Assembly: GCA_043806015.1 (NCBI GenBank)
Contig: JAZDHH010000004.1
Coordinates: 60,678-124,677, forward strand
Direction of reading: 5' to 3'
Length of the DNA: 64,000 nucleotides
DNA from: Nanobdellota archaeon
Lineage (GTDB): Archaea; Nanobdellota; Nanobdellia; Woesearchaeales; JAHIVG01
The notes beneath the pieces are model-generated. The model was not told the DNA's origin. It ran no database searches and saw nothing but the letters and a program-made list of their open reading frames with translations. A program made the translations under genes and the position numbers. Positions within the stretch are counted from its first letter, which is position 1. Every line of letters begins with the position of its first letter. Positions 1-9,012 of the stretch are shown here, in pieces.

Positions 1-238
1 GGGTAACCATGACGCCCTGGGCGAAGTTGTTCTCGAGGCGGAGGTTGATGCGGTGCGTGTCCGTGTCAATCCTGAAGTCCGTGCACTTGAAGTTCTGGTG
101 CAGCGAGCATTTGTCAGGGAAGAAGCTTGCCGGCTTGATGATGCCGAAGTAGGTCAGGGCGCCGCCGACGATGACGACAAGGACCACTACCCAGCCATAA
201 GTCAGCAGGAACTCAAGCAGGCCCTCGCCCCGGCTCAT
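1..238 (-). CDS. Type IV pilin-like protein with class III signal peptide (3' end runs off window; not in ORF track)
   Basis: Manual translation from ATG at 238: MSRGEGLLEFLLTYGWVVVLVVIVGGALTYFGIIKPASFFPDKCSL..., paralogous to the adjacent pilin (EFL.TYGW motif); GGTGA SD upstream. Confidence 0.85.
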   Translation of the reverse strand, partial: MSRGEGLLEFLLTYGWVVVLVVIVGGALTYFGIIKPASFFPDKCSLHQNFKCTDFRIDTDTHRINLRLENNFAQGVMVT

Positions 239-251
239 GAGAAATCACCGA

Positions 252-268
252 AAAAAAGAAAAGAAAGG
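252..268 (-). terminator. Oligo-T archaeal terminator (CCTTTCTTTTCTTTTTT)
   Basis: T-rich tract just after the pilin stop; identical 17-mer at 46820-46836 and 51128-51144. Confidence 0.65.
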
Positions 269-277
269 GCCATGCCC

Positions 278-916
278 TTAGCTTTCGACTTTGGCAAGGA
301 GCTCGCCCTGGAGCGTGTGGGTGAACTCGCTGGAAGAGTCGTCATAATACCACTGGATCTCGATGTTGCCCTTGGTCTTGCCGCTGTAATCCTCGATGGC
401 ACAATCGTCCTGGCCGTTGAGCACGACCATGGTGCTCTCGCCATTCGGGATGTGGAGGCCCACCTTGTTATTAAAAAGGTAAACCTGGTCATCGTTGAAG
501 CCGCTTGGGTTGCACTTGAAATAGGCATGAGGGAATGTATCACATTGTGAACAATCGGTCGCGGGATCGCAATTCGTTTGACCCGAATAATTGCCATCAT
601 AGACGGTCGTTCCGACCTTTACACCCTCCATGCAGCTCGGACTGATTATCTCGCCATTGATATTGATGCTCGTGATGATGATGCCCTTGCCCTTGCCGTT
701 CTCGAGGCGGAGAGCCACTTGCCCTGTGCCAGCAGTTCCGGACTTGATCTGGTGGTCGCGGCAGTTCAGCCCGGTCTCCAGGGTGCACTTCTCGGGCAGC
801 AGGATGCTCGGGTTGAGGACGCCGAAATATGCTAATGCGCCGATGACGACCAGGACAACGAGGATTGCCCAGCCGTAGGTCATTAAGAATTCCAGTGCAG
901 CTTGTGCGCGCTTCAT
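278..916 (-). CDS. Type IV pilin (class III signal peptide)
   Basis: Start reassigned to MKRAQAALEFLMTYGWAILVVLVVIGALAYFG: K-R-A|Q-x-x-x-E prepilin site plus hydrophobic helix; AAGGAGG SD upstream. Confidence 0.9.
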   Translation of the reverse strand: MKRAQAALEFLMTYGWAILVVLVVIGALAYFGVLNPSILLPEKCTLETGLNCRDHQIKSGTAGTGQVALRLENGKGKGIIITSININGEIISPSCMEGVKVGTTVYDGNYSGQTNCDPATDCSQCDTFPHAYFKCNPSGFNDDQVYLFNNKVGLHIPNGESTMVVLNGQDDCAIEDYSGKTKGNIEIQWYYDDSSSEFTHTLQGELLAKVES

Positions 917-962
917 GATATCCCTCCTTTTTAGGTCTGTGCCTCTTTTTTCACTTTGCTGG

Positions 963-970
963 TATTTAAA
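963..970 (-). promoter_or_regulatory. TATA box (TTTAAATA) of pilin gene
   Basis: TTTAAATA with A-rich BRE-like upstream sequence, ~46 nt before the pilin ATG. Confidence 0.6.
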
Positions 971-1022
971 TGTTTTGGTTGTCATCAAGGACGATAATTC
1001 AGGGGATGAGCCAAGGTTACGC

Positions 1023-1055
1023 TACAGATGTAACAATCGTATTGATACATCTGTA
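1023..1055. promoter_or_regulatory. 33-bp near-perfect inverted repeat (operator or hairpin)
   Basis: TACAGATGTA-A-CAAT-CGT-ATTG-A-TACATCTGTA between the tadC-like stop and the pilin promoter. Confidence 0.6.
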
Positions 1056-1076
1056 ATAAAATAGGGGTGGATAGCT

Positions 1077-2105
1077 TCACTTCAGGAACGCGGCCTGGAA
1101 GACGATGACCAGGACGTAGCGGACAAGGAAGTACATAAGGAGCGACAGCGCGGTGTAGATCGGCACGTAGCGGATGCCGGCCTTGAGGTTGCCCTTGCGG
1201 ATGATGGAGATGATCAGGCTCACGAAGACCGAGATCACGATGAGCGCGGCGATGCTGAAGTCCACGAAACCCTCCGGCTTCACGGTAACCTGGCCGAGGT
1301 TCATGGGAAGCACCACACCCCTGGACACGGCCGAGCCGACCTTGGTGGTGATGTGCTTCAGCACGATGAGCAGGTTGTAGGACAGGGCGAACAGTAGCGG
1401 CGCGATCACCACGACGATGAAGCTGAGGAAGATGAAGTAGTTGAGGTTCGTGGCGTTCATCTCGTCCTTCAGCTCCTTGGTCTCCCGCAGGTGCGACTCG
1501 ACCTGGTCGATGACGTCGGCGATGGGGCCGCCCCCGCGGATCGTCTCGACCATGAGGTTCACGCTCCGGGTCAGGTTCATGCTGTTGTACTTCTGCGAGA
1601 ACTCGACTAAGGCCTCCTCAACGTCGTCGCCGGACATGACGCGCTTGGCCACCAGCCGTATCTCGTCGGAGATGATGCCGAACTGCGGCTTTATCGCGGT
1701 CCAGAGCGCCCGGTCGAAGGACATGCCACCCTTCAGGTTCTCGGAGACGTAGCGCAGGAACTCCGGCAGGATCTCCTCGATCCTCCTGGTGCGGTTATAG
1801 ATCCTGAGGTCGACGAATTCGTAGATGACCAGGCCGATGACCACGATGACGCCCATCTGGATCGCGGCCCAATAGATGAACGTGAGGATGAGGAACACCG
1901 CGGTGGTGGTCGTCGAGTAGACGATGGGATAGACCCACTGGAAGTAGATGAGGTAGGTGATGAGGATGCTGAGGTAGAAGAAGACGCCGAAAGCCTTGAA
2001 GGGAACGTCCACGATGCCGGCTTTCATGAAGAACCGGTGCAGATGCGGCCGCAGCCGCTTGGGGATGAAGGCGCGGCCGAACTCCTCAAGGAAGAGCAGG
2101 CTCAA
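1077..2105 (-). CDS. Type II secretion system F family / TadC-like pilus platform membrane protein
   Basis: Multiple TM segments; IEEILPEFLRYVSENLKGGMSFDRAL...FG.ISDEI T2SSF pattern; in operon with the ATPase. Confidence 0.88.
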   Translation of the reverse strand: MSLLFLEEFGRAFIPKRLRPHLHRFFMKAGIVDVPFKAFGVFFYLSILITYLIYFQWVYPIVYSTTTTAVFLILTFIYWAAIQMGVIVVIGLVIYEFVDLRIYNRTRRIEEILPEFLRYVSENLKGGMSFDRALWTAIKPQFGIISDEIRLVAKRVMSGDDVEEALVEFSQKYNSMNLTRSVNLMVETIRGGGPIADVIDQVESHLRETKELKDEMNATNLNYFIFLSFIVVVIAPLLFALSYNLLIVLKHITTKVGSAVSRGVVLPMNLGQVTVKPEGFVDFSIAALIVISVFVSLIISIIRKGNLKAGIRYVPIYTALSLLMYFLVRYVLVIVFQAAFLK

Positions 2106-2917
2106 ACGTTCACCACCGGCCGGATCGCCTTGAAGAACGAGAGGAACATGAACTGGATGAAGGTGAGCAGCACCAGGATCAGGATGATGAAAGGCGGAGA
2201 GAGCTCGAAGGCGAAGAAGGACGCTATCACAATGAACATGGTCATGCCGAGGGAGGGGAGGGCGACGGCGAGCACCATGTAGATCATGATGACAGCGTTC
2301 AGCTTGCGGGCGTACTCCTTGATCTCGATGATCTGCTCGGTGTTGATCTGCTTGAGGACAGCGCGGAGGCTTTGGCTGATGTCCGCGCCGGTCTTGAGCG
2401 AGGTCACCAGCTCGGAGAGGATGAGCTTGAACTTGTCCGACGCGGTCGCGTCCCTCGCCTTCTCCAACGCCCGTTCAATGGGAAGGCCCGTGTTGATCTC
2501 GCCCACGATCTCCTTGAAATATTTCGAGGCAACGCCCTCGGCCTTGCTCGCATCGATCATGGCGTTGAAAAGAGGGACGCCTGACTCCGTCTTGGTCAGG
2601 ATGTAATTGCCGGCGAACAGCACCTCGCGCTCGATCTCGCGGCGCCTCTTCTGGATGATGACCCGGGGCGTCTGGAAGAAGAACCAGAACGCGACGAAGA
2701 AGATGACGATGAAGAATGGCGGGACCAGGTAGATGGGCAGCCGGAACCGGAGGGCCAGCAGCAGGAACAGCACGGTGAGCCCGATGGACAGGTACACGCT
2801 GAGGATGACGATGCGCAGGATGAAGCGCTGCGGGGTGTCCTTGAGGTGCGCGGCCTGGATCTCATGCTTCAGCTGCGGGAACTGCCTGCTCAACGCGAAG
2901 AGGAGGTCGATTGCCAT
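2102..2917 (-). CDS. Type II secretion system F family / TadB-like pilus platform membrane protein
   Basis: TM segments plus ESGVPLFNAM...GLPIERAL...LKTGAD T2SSF pattern; overlaps both neighbours. Confidence 0.88.
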   Translation of the reverse strand: MAIDLLFALSRQFPQLKHEIQAAHLKDTPQRFILRIVILSVYLSIGLTVLFLLLALRFRLPIYLVPPFFIVIFFVAFWFFFQTPRVIIQKRRREIEREVLFAGNYILTKTESGVPLFNAMIDASKAEGVASKYFKEIVGEINTGLPIERALEKARDATASDKFKLILSELVTSLKTGADISQSLRAVLKQINTEQIIEIKEYARKLNAVIMIYMVLAVALPSLGMTMFIVIASFFAFELSPPFIILILVLLTFIQFMFLSFFKAIRPVVNV

Positions 2918-4362
2918 CACCGGATGAATTTCTTGGCATAGTACTTGCGGAAGACCGTGCCGACCTGATGGATATCATTGATGTTGCTCTTCACCAGCCA
3001 GCGCAGGATGTTCTCGCGCTCGGCGAGGTCAACCTCGATCTGTCGCTCATCCATGCCGGTGTAGAGCTTGAGATGGTTGACGACCACGATGGGCTTGCCG
3101 ATCTGCTCGAGCTTGTCCTTGCTCGCGTTGTACTGCATCAGGAGGTTAGGCTGCCCGTTGGGAAGGATCTCCGCCACCTGTATGGTGCGCCTCCGCCCGG
3201 TCCTGCGGTTGCGGTTCTGGATCACGAGCAGGTTGAGCGCCGGCAGCACCGCGCGCGGCACCTCGATGGGCGGGTTGATGAGCCGCTGCACTGTCTCCTC
3301 GACATCGTTGGCGTGGATCGTGCCGTAGACCGAATGGCCGGTGTGCATGGCCTCGAACATGACCTCGGCCTCGCGCTTCCGGCGGACCTCGCCCATGATG
3401 ATGCGGTCGGGGCGCATGCGGAGCGAGTTCACGAGCAGGTCGAGCATGCTGATCTCGCCCTTCCCCTCCGGGTTGGGCAGCCGGATCTCCATGGGCACCC
3501 AGTGCAGGTCGCGTGGTAGGGTTATCTCGCGCGTGTCCTCGATGGAGACGATTCGCTGGTTGATCGGGATGAAGGACGCGACCACGTTGAGCATCGAGGT
3601 CTTTCCCGAGCCAGTGCCGCCCGAGATGAGGATGGACAGCTCGTTGTGCACGCAGAGCCATATCAGCGCCGCGGCCTCGTAGGAGATGGTGCCGTCCGCG
3701 AGGAAGTCCGTTATCGTCCAGGGCTTGGTGGCGAACTTGCGGATGGTGATGGTGTTGCCCTTGGTGGAGACGGGGTTGAGGGTGGCGTTGACGCGGTCGC
3801 CGGACATCAGGTGCGCGTCCAGCAGCGGCTTGAGCAGGGTTATCTCCTTGCCCACGTCCCTGCCGATCATCGTGGCGTAATGGCGGATGCGCTCGTCCGA
3901 GGGCATCCGGATGTTGGTCTTGAGCCAGCCGTGGCGCTTGTGGTAGACCCAGATGGGCTCCTTGGCGTTGTTGATGGCGATCTCCTCGAGATTCTCGTCG
4001 CGCAGGAGGATCTCGATGTCGCCGAGGCCGATGTTCTGGCGCAGGATCTGGTTCATCAGCAGGTCGGCCGTCTTCTTGTCCGTGTTCGGGAAATACTTCT
4101 TGATGAGCACCAGGATCTCGTTCCGGAAGCGCTCCTTGATCTTATCCGGGTCCTCGTCATCCCCGATCGTGATCTCACCCACGTTGATCTTGGACACGAA
4201 CTCGTCGCGGATCTTCTGCAGGATCACGTTGGTGGTCGGGCTGAGGTTCTTGATGGCGATGTAGTAGAACGAGAAGCCGTCCGTGTTGCGGAAGATGTCA
4301 ACGCTCACGATGACGTCGTTCACGTTCAGCTTGTAATTGTCCAATGGTATGATGTCGGTCAT
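2917..4362 (-). CDS. Pilus assembly ATPase (CpaF/VirB11/FlaI family)
   Basis: Walker A GGTGSGKTS, SIEDTRE, LRMRPDRIIMGEVR, His box HTGHSVYGTIHA. Confidence 0.95.
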   Translation of the reverse strand: MTDIIPLDNYKLNVNDVIVSVDIFRNTDGFSFYYIAIKNLSPTTNVILQKIRDEFVSKINVGEITIGDDEDPDKIKERFRNEILVLIKKYFPNTDKKTADLLMNQILRQNIGLGDIEILLRDENLEEIAINNAKEPIWVYHKRHGWLKTNIRMPSDERIRHYATMIGRDVGKEITLLKPLLDAHLMSGDRVNATLNPVSTKGNTITIRKFATKPWTITDFLADGTISYEAAALIWLCVHNELSILISGGTGSGKTSMLNVVASFIPINQRIVSIEDTREITLPRDLHWVPMEIRLPNPEGKGEISMLDLLVNSLRMRPDRIIMGEVRRKREAEVMFEAMHTGHSVYGTIHANDVEETVQRLINPPIEVPRAVLPALNLLVIQNRNRRTGRRRTIQVAEILPNGQPNLLMQYNASKDKLEQIGKPIVVVNHLKLYTGMDERQIEVDLAERENILRWLVKSNINDIHQVGTVFRKYYAKKFIR

Positions 4363-7300
4363 CCAAACACCTTGCCGATGAGGCTCTTTTTCGGTGGCGC
4401 CGGGGGCGGCGGAGGCATGGTCAGGTCGCTCAGGTCATGCTCTGCCGGCCTGGGCGGGATCAGCTGAGGAGCGGGAATGGGAGACTTCTGGATGGCTTGG
4501 GTAGGGGCCTGTGGGATCGGCGTCCTGGCCGCAGGAGGAACGGGCCTGGCTGGTGCCACAGGCACCTGCTTCGGCGCCGGCGGCATCCTCCGGGAAGGCG
4601 GTGGCGTCGGCCGGGCCATTCTCGGAGCAGGGATAGGGATCGGCTTCAGCTGCGTTGGCGCTGGCGCGGGCGGACCTTTCGGCGCCGCCGCGGGCATCGG
4701 CTTCGGGGGCGGCATGGGAGCGACCATGGGGGCCGGCTTCCCGTCAGTGGAAACCACAAGCCTCGGCTGCTGAGCAACCCCAAGTGATGCTGATGGCGGC
4801 GCTTGCTTCATCTTCGCAGGCTCGGCCTTCAACGCCTCCAGCCTGTCGAAAGGCGACTGCGGCTTGCCCGCGGCCTGCTTCTCCGCCGCCTTTTGCTCAG
4901 CAGGTCCCAGCGCAGGCGTTTCCTTCGGCTTCATTTGGGGAGAGGTCTCGACATGGGCCATCACCGCGTGGTCGATGCGGTTGAGCCTGCTCTCCGTGGT
5001 GAGCATCTTATCCTTGAGCTCGTGCACTTCCAGCGCCTTCTCCGGCTGCTTCGCCTCCTGCGGCTTTTTTTGCCCCTCGAAGAGGGAGAGGTTAGCATGG
5101 TAGCGCTCGTTCACGAACTTGAACAGCTCGACGTCCTCTGAGGTGTTCTGGCTCAGCTTGGTGTAGGAGGTGAAGATGTAGTCGAGATAGCGCTTGAGGT
5201 CTGCCCAGCGGCCCTCCTTCGCGAGGGTGTCCAGGCGCTTGGTCAGCTCATACAGGCGCAGCTTGCGGAACACGAGCAGGATCTCGTCCCGGATCTTGAG
5301 GTTCTCCTGCACGAAGCCGATGGGCAGGTTGTGGTAGATCTTGGCAATCTTCTCATAGTCGATCATGATCGCCTCGAACTCGCGGGCGTCGATGTGCTCG
5401 TGCACCTTCACCAGGATCTTGAGCAGCTCGTTGTACTTCTCCTTGGTGTTGGCGTCCAGGCGCTCGAGGAGCAGGTGGTCATGGCTCTGCATGATGTCCT
5501 TGTACATGGTGAGTATCTGGGAGCGGAGCACCGTCCTCTTCTCGAGGAACCCCGCGGGGAGCTGGTTGTAGACCTGGACGACCTCCTCATAGACCGTGCC
5601 GGCGAGGTCGTGCTCGTTGTTCTCGATGTACTTCCGGATGTTCTTGAGCTCCTTGTCGATCTTCGCCTTCTTCTCGGTGAAGGCCGTCTCCGAGACGATG
5701 TCGAGCTTCTCGGCGAGGCGCTCGCAGACCTTGATGATGTCGTTCTGGATGTCGCTCTTGCGCTTCAGGAAGCCCTCCGGTATCTGGCGGTAGAGCTCCT
5801 CGATCTTGTCGTAGAGCTTGTTGGCCTCCTCGATGCTGTTCTTGCTGACCTTCTCCTCCACCTGCTTGAGCAGCGCCTTGATCTCGGACTCGATCCGGTC
5901 CATCTTGTCGCGCATGCCCTTGGTCTGCAGCATGAGCAGCTCGCGGTGCAGGTCAAGGACCTTCATCTGGATGGCGGTCCTCTCCTCGAGGAAGCCGGGG
6001 GGCAGCTGGCCGAACAGCTCGCGCACCTTGTCATACCACGCGGTCGCCTGGTCGACGTCCTTGCGCGCCAATTGCCCCTTGAACTCGGCGAGCATCCTGG
6101 AGAGCTGCTCTCCCTTGGCGAGGAAATCCTTGAAGTAGAGGTCCTTCTTGCGCTCGATGATGTGCTCCTGCAGGTCGAGGATCTTCCGCTGCATCGCGGT
6201 CTTCTGCCGCAGGAAGCCATCGGGCAGGCTGTAGTACACCGCCTCGATGTTCTTGTACGTCGTGGTCGTGCCGACAAGGTCGGAGCCGCGCAGCTGGGCG
6301 TAGGCGAGCTTGATGAGACGATAGATCTCGTTGGCCTTCTCCACGATGTCCTTGGCCGAGTATTCGCCGATGTTCAGGGCGAGGTCGCGGTTGAGCTTGA
6401 CGAGGGTGTGCTTGAGGCTGGTCTTCTTCTCCATGAACTCGCCGGGCAGCGAGGTGTAGTGCTCCTCGAGCCTGGCGTAGAGCTTCTTGGCGTTCTCGAA
6501 GTTGCCGTTCTGGATCTCCTGGTAGGCCATCTTGAGCAGCGCTTCCGTGTTATCGACGTCGGGCATGGCCAGTGGCGGCCCCCGCTCCATGACTGACTTC
6601 AGCTGGATGAAGATCCCGGTGAGCAGGCCGTGCAGGCGGACGAACGCCTCCTTGGCGTCCCGCATCCTGTTCTGCTGCACATTCTCCAGGCTCTGGTGCA
6701 GGAGCGTGTCCGCCTCCTCCATCTGCTTCGCGAGGCCCTCGGAGAGGGCGTCCTTTCCGTAGCGGCGGACGACCTCCTTCTTCAGGTCGTCCATGTGGTC
6801 TATCAGCGCGGGATAGCCCTTCTTTGCCTCGGTGAAATCGTTCTGCTGCACGCTCGCGAAGACCTCCTTGAGCAGGTTCTCCACGTGGCCGATGTGCTCG
6901 TCAGGGTCGATGGCGCTCTCCGCGTCCGGGGCCTTGCCCGCCACCCTGCTCAGGTCGGCGACGCGCTTCGCGAACTCCAGGTTCTTTGATGTGTAGTCGT
7001 CGAGGTTCTTGTCATAGTCCTTGCCCTCGACATAGAAGTTGTTGATCGTGACATTCATCATGTCGTGCAGGTCTTCGAGCTCGTGGATGACGCCCTGGTT
7101 GTGGTCCACGAACGAGGCGGGAAGGCTCTGCAGCCAGGACTTGATGAGGTCGTGCTTCTCCCGGGCGGCGTCGATGTTCATGTCCCGGACGTGGTCCTGC
7201 GTCTGCTTGATGAGGTTCTGGACCTCGCCGAGGATGTCATCGACGTCCTTGGTCTTCTCGCTCGCGATATAGGAGAAATAGGGGGTGGTGAAATGGTACT

Positions 7301-7469
7301 TGACCTGGACGATCTTCTCCTCTTCAAGGAAGGTGGCCCAGGCCTCGATGGTGCTTATAGGCACGCCTAGCTCTTTCGCGGCGTCCTCGAATGCCACCTC
7401 TTTTTTTTTCTTGATAAGCTCGACCAGTGAGTCCACGTCGGTCCTCACGGTCTCTGGCACCGTGGCCAT
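4359..7469 (-). CDS. Large cytoplasmic protein: N-terminal winged-helix-like domain, six helical LPxGF repeats, Pro-rich tail
   Basis: 1036-aa ORF; ATGA overlap with the ATPase; repeats Y..I...Y..LP.GF...K; no signal peptide; TATA at 7492-7499. Confidence 0.8.
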   Translation of the reverse strand: MATVPETVRTDVDSLVELIKKKKEVAFEDAAKELGVPISTIEAWATFLEEEKIVQVKYHFTTPYFSYIASEKTKDVDDILGEVQNLIKQTQDHVRDMNIDAAREKHDLIKSWLQSLPASFVDHNQGVIHELEDLHDMMNVTINNFYVEGKDYDKNLDDYTSKNLEFAKRVADLSRVAGKAPDAESAIDPDEHIGHVENLLKEVFASVQQNDFTEAKKGYPALIDHMDDLKKEVVRRYGKDALSEGLAKQMEEADTLLHQSLENVQQNRMRDAKEAFVRLHGLLTGIFIQLKSVMERGPPLAMPDVDNTEALLKMAYQEIQNGNFENAKKLYARLEEHYTSLPGEFMEKKTSLKHTLVKLNRDLALNIGEYSAKDIVEKANEIYRLIKLAYAQLRGSDLVGTTTTYKNIEAVYYSLPDGFLRQKTAMQRKILDLQEHIIERKKDLYFKDFLAKGEQLSRMLAEFKGQLARKDVDQATAWYDKVRELFGQLPPGFLEERTAIQMKVLDLHRELLMLQTKGMRDKMDRIESEIKALLKQVEEKVSKNSIEEANKLYDKIEELYRQIPEGFLKRKSDIQNDIIKVCERLAEKLDIVSETAFTEKKAKIDKELKNIRKYIENNEHDLAGTVYEEVVQVYNQLPAGFLEKRTVLRSQILTMYKDIMQSHDHLLLERLDANTKEKYNELLKILVKVHEHIDAREFEAIMIDYEKIAKIYHNLPIGFVQENLKIRDEILLVFRKLRLYELTKRLDTLAKEGRWADLKRYLDYIFTSYTKLSQNTSEDVELFKFVNERYHANLSLFEGQKKPQEAKQPEKALEVHELKDKMLTTESRLNRIDHAVMAHVETSPQMKPKETPALGPAEQKAAEKQAAGKPQSPFDRLEALKAEPAKMKQAPPSASLGVAQQPRLVVSTDGKPAPMVAPMPPPKPMPAAAPKGPPAPAPTQLKPIPIPAPRMARPTPPPSRRMPPAPKQVPVAPARPVPPAARTPIPQAPTQAIQKSPIPAPQLIPPRPAEHDLSDLTMPPPPPAPPKKSLIGKVFG

Positions 7470-7512
7470 GGTAATTTGTTCTGCTGCCTCCTATTTAAAG
7501 GTTACTGTGACG

Positions 7513-8511
7513 CTAGGTCCCGTTGAACACCTGGGTTATTTCGTCGCTGGAAAGGTTGTAAAAGGCGATGTGGTAGGGCTCGATGAGGAATTGGTAGCTA
7601 GCGTTGCTGATGTTCGCGACGCTGAACAGGCTCTGGTTGACGTTGGGGATGCTGCCGGGGCAGAGCTGGCCGAAGTAGCAGTAGTCCACATAGCTCATGT
7701 TGTAACGAACGGGCAGCGGCGGCGGCAATGCCTCGAAGTCGATGATGGCCTCGATGCCGCAGCAGTCAGAGGCGCCGCTGTCGTCCATCAGCCGCATGAA
7801 GAACGATGGGGCGACCTGGCTCTCGGCGTAGGTCTGGTTGCGGATATGGCCCTGGAGCATGGATTTGTCCCACACACTGACGTTGGCCGGCCGGATGATA
7901 TGGGAGAAGGCGCCGTCCGTGTGCGCTGACCAATAGGGATCCTCCAGGCCGGTGATGTCCATCCGGGTCACGATGGCCGCTGTCTTGTTCCACTGCGCCA
8001 GTTCGGCGTCCACGGTAAAGTTGATGGTCGCGTTGACTCCGAGCTGCCAAGGACCGGTCGTGTTGTCCTGGTAAAAGCGGACGTCCAGCACCGTGAAGCT
8101 CAGGTTAAGGAGCAATCCGTGCCTGGCCTCGACCTCGAGCTCGTCGAGGCGGTCGTCCAGCGTGTTGTCGTCCATCTCGGGAAGGGGGACCCCATTGACA
8201 CTGGCCATACGGATGGCTTCCTGCAGGGCCGCGTCCGCGTTGGTGACGAAAATCCCATTATCGTTGATGTAATTTGTCAGGGCGAGCAGGCTGCGGTAGC
8301 TTGTCGCGCGGACGATCTGCTCGAGGTAGGAGCTAGAAAGGTACTGCACGAAGCGATCCGCTTGGGCCACGCGGGCGTGCTCGCTCTCCGCTTGCGTGCT
8401 GAAGACTCCGATGGGGTTCGACCGCGACGTCGAGCCATAGATCACGATGAGCAGCGAGACGACCATCAGAGAGATGAGCGTGAAGAAGATGCCCCGCTTC
8501 AGCAGCCTCAT
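7513..8511 (-). CDS. Pilin-like/minor pilus protein with KRG-type signal
   Basis: MRLLKRG|IFFTLISLMVVSLLIVIY; TGATG overlap with upstream gene (alternative start 8520); the ORF-track N-terminal extension overlaps the upstream gene and is rejected. Confidence 0.72.
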   Translation of the reverse strand: MRLLKRGIFFTLISLMVVSLLIVIYGSTSRSNPIGVFSTQAESEHARVAQADRFVQYLSSSYLEQIVRATSYRSLLALTNYINDNGIFVTNADAALQEAIRMASVNGVPLPEMDDNTLDDRLDELEVEARHGLLLNLSFTVLDVRFYQDNTTGPWQLGVNATINFTVDAELAQWNKTAAIVTRMDITGLEDPYWSAHTDGAFSHIIRPANVSVWDKSMLQGHIRNQTYAESQVAPSFFMRLMDDSGASDCCGIEAIIDFEALPPPLPVRYNMSYVDYCYFGQLCPGSIPNVNQSLFSVANISNASYQFLIEPYHIAFYNLSSDEITQVFNGT

Positions 8512-9011
8512 CACTGCCATACCCACACCTCCGCGGTGAACGGGCCGAACAGCTGCGTCTTGTTCACCGTGCCATACACGATCTGCCGGCTCGCCATGAG
8601 GAAATCGGCATCCTTCGCCTGGCTCGTGCTGCGGTTCAGGAGCACGGTGCCGTTGATGAGGATGTGCACCTGGAACTGCGGCGGGATGGTGCGGTTGATG
8701 GTGTCGGTCAGGAATGCCGTGGCGTTGTCGTCGTGGTCGATGAACCACAGGTAGGTGGCTTCCTCCAGCAGGGTCATGCGGACGTCGGGGACCAGGCCGT
8801 CGGACTTGAGCAGGCGCAGGACCGGATAGGCGAGGTCGTTGAACTGGTAGATCTTGGTCGCAGCGAGCGTGTTCAGCGTGTCGTCGGCGATGTTCTTCGA
8901 GGGCTCGGTCGCGAACCGCACCGGCTGGGAGAAGAAGATGAAGGACAGGCCGAAGATGAGCACGCTCACCGCTAGGAAGGCGTCGATGCTATAAAAATAG
9001 CCGCGTTTCAT
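8511..9011 (-). CDS. Pilin-like protein with KRG-type class III signal
   Basis: MKRG|YFYSIDAFLAVSVLIFGL; acidic residue near the N-terminus followed by a hydrophobic helix. Confidence 0.75.
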   Translation of the reverse strand: MKRGYFYSIDAFLAVSVLIFGLSFIFFSQPVRFATEPSKNIADDTLNTLAATKIYQFNDLAYPVLRLLKSDGLVPDVRMTLLEEATYLWFIDHDDNATAFLTDTINRTIPPQFQVHILINGTVLLNRSTSQAKDADFLMASRQIVYGTVNKTQLFGPFTAEVWVWQ

Positions 9012-9012
9012 C

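Noticed and set aside
5331-6596. Long antisense ORFs (e.g. 5331-6596, 11773-12972, 19727-20926, 32059-33264, 42734-44068, 45687-46676, 62468-63598)
   Set aside because: Shadows of GC-rich codon usage opposite well-supported genes; no motifs, promoters or plausible composition
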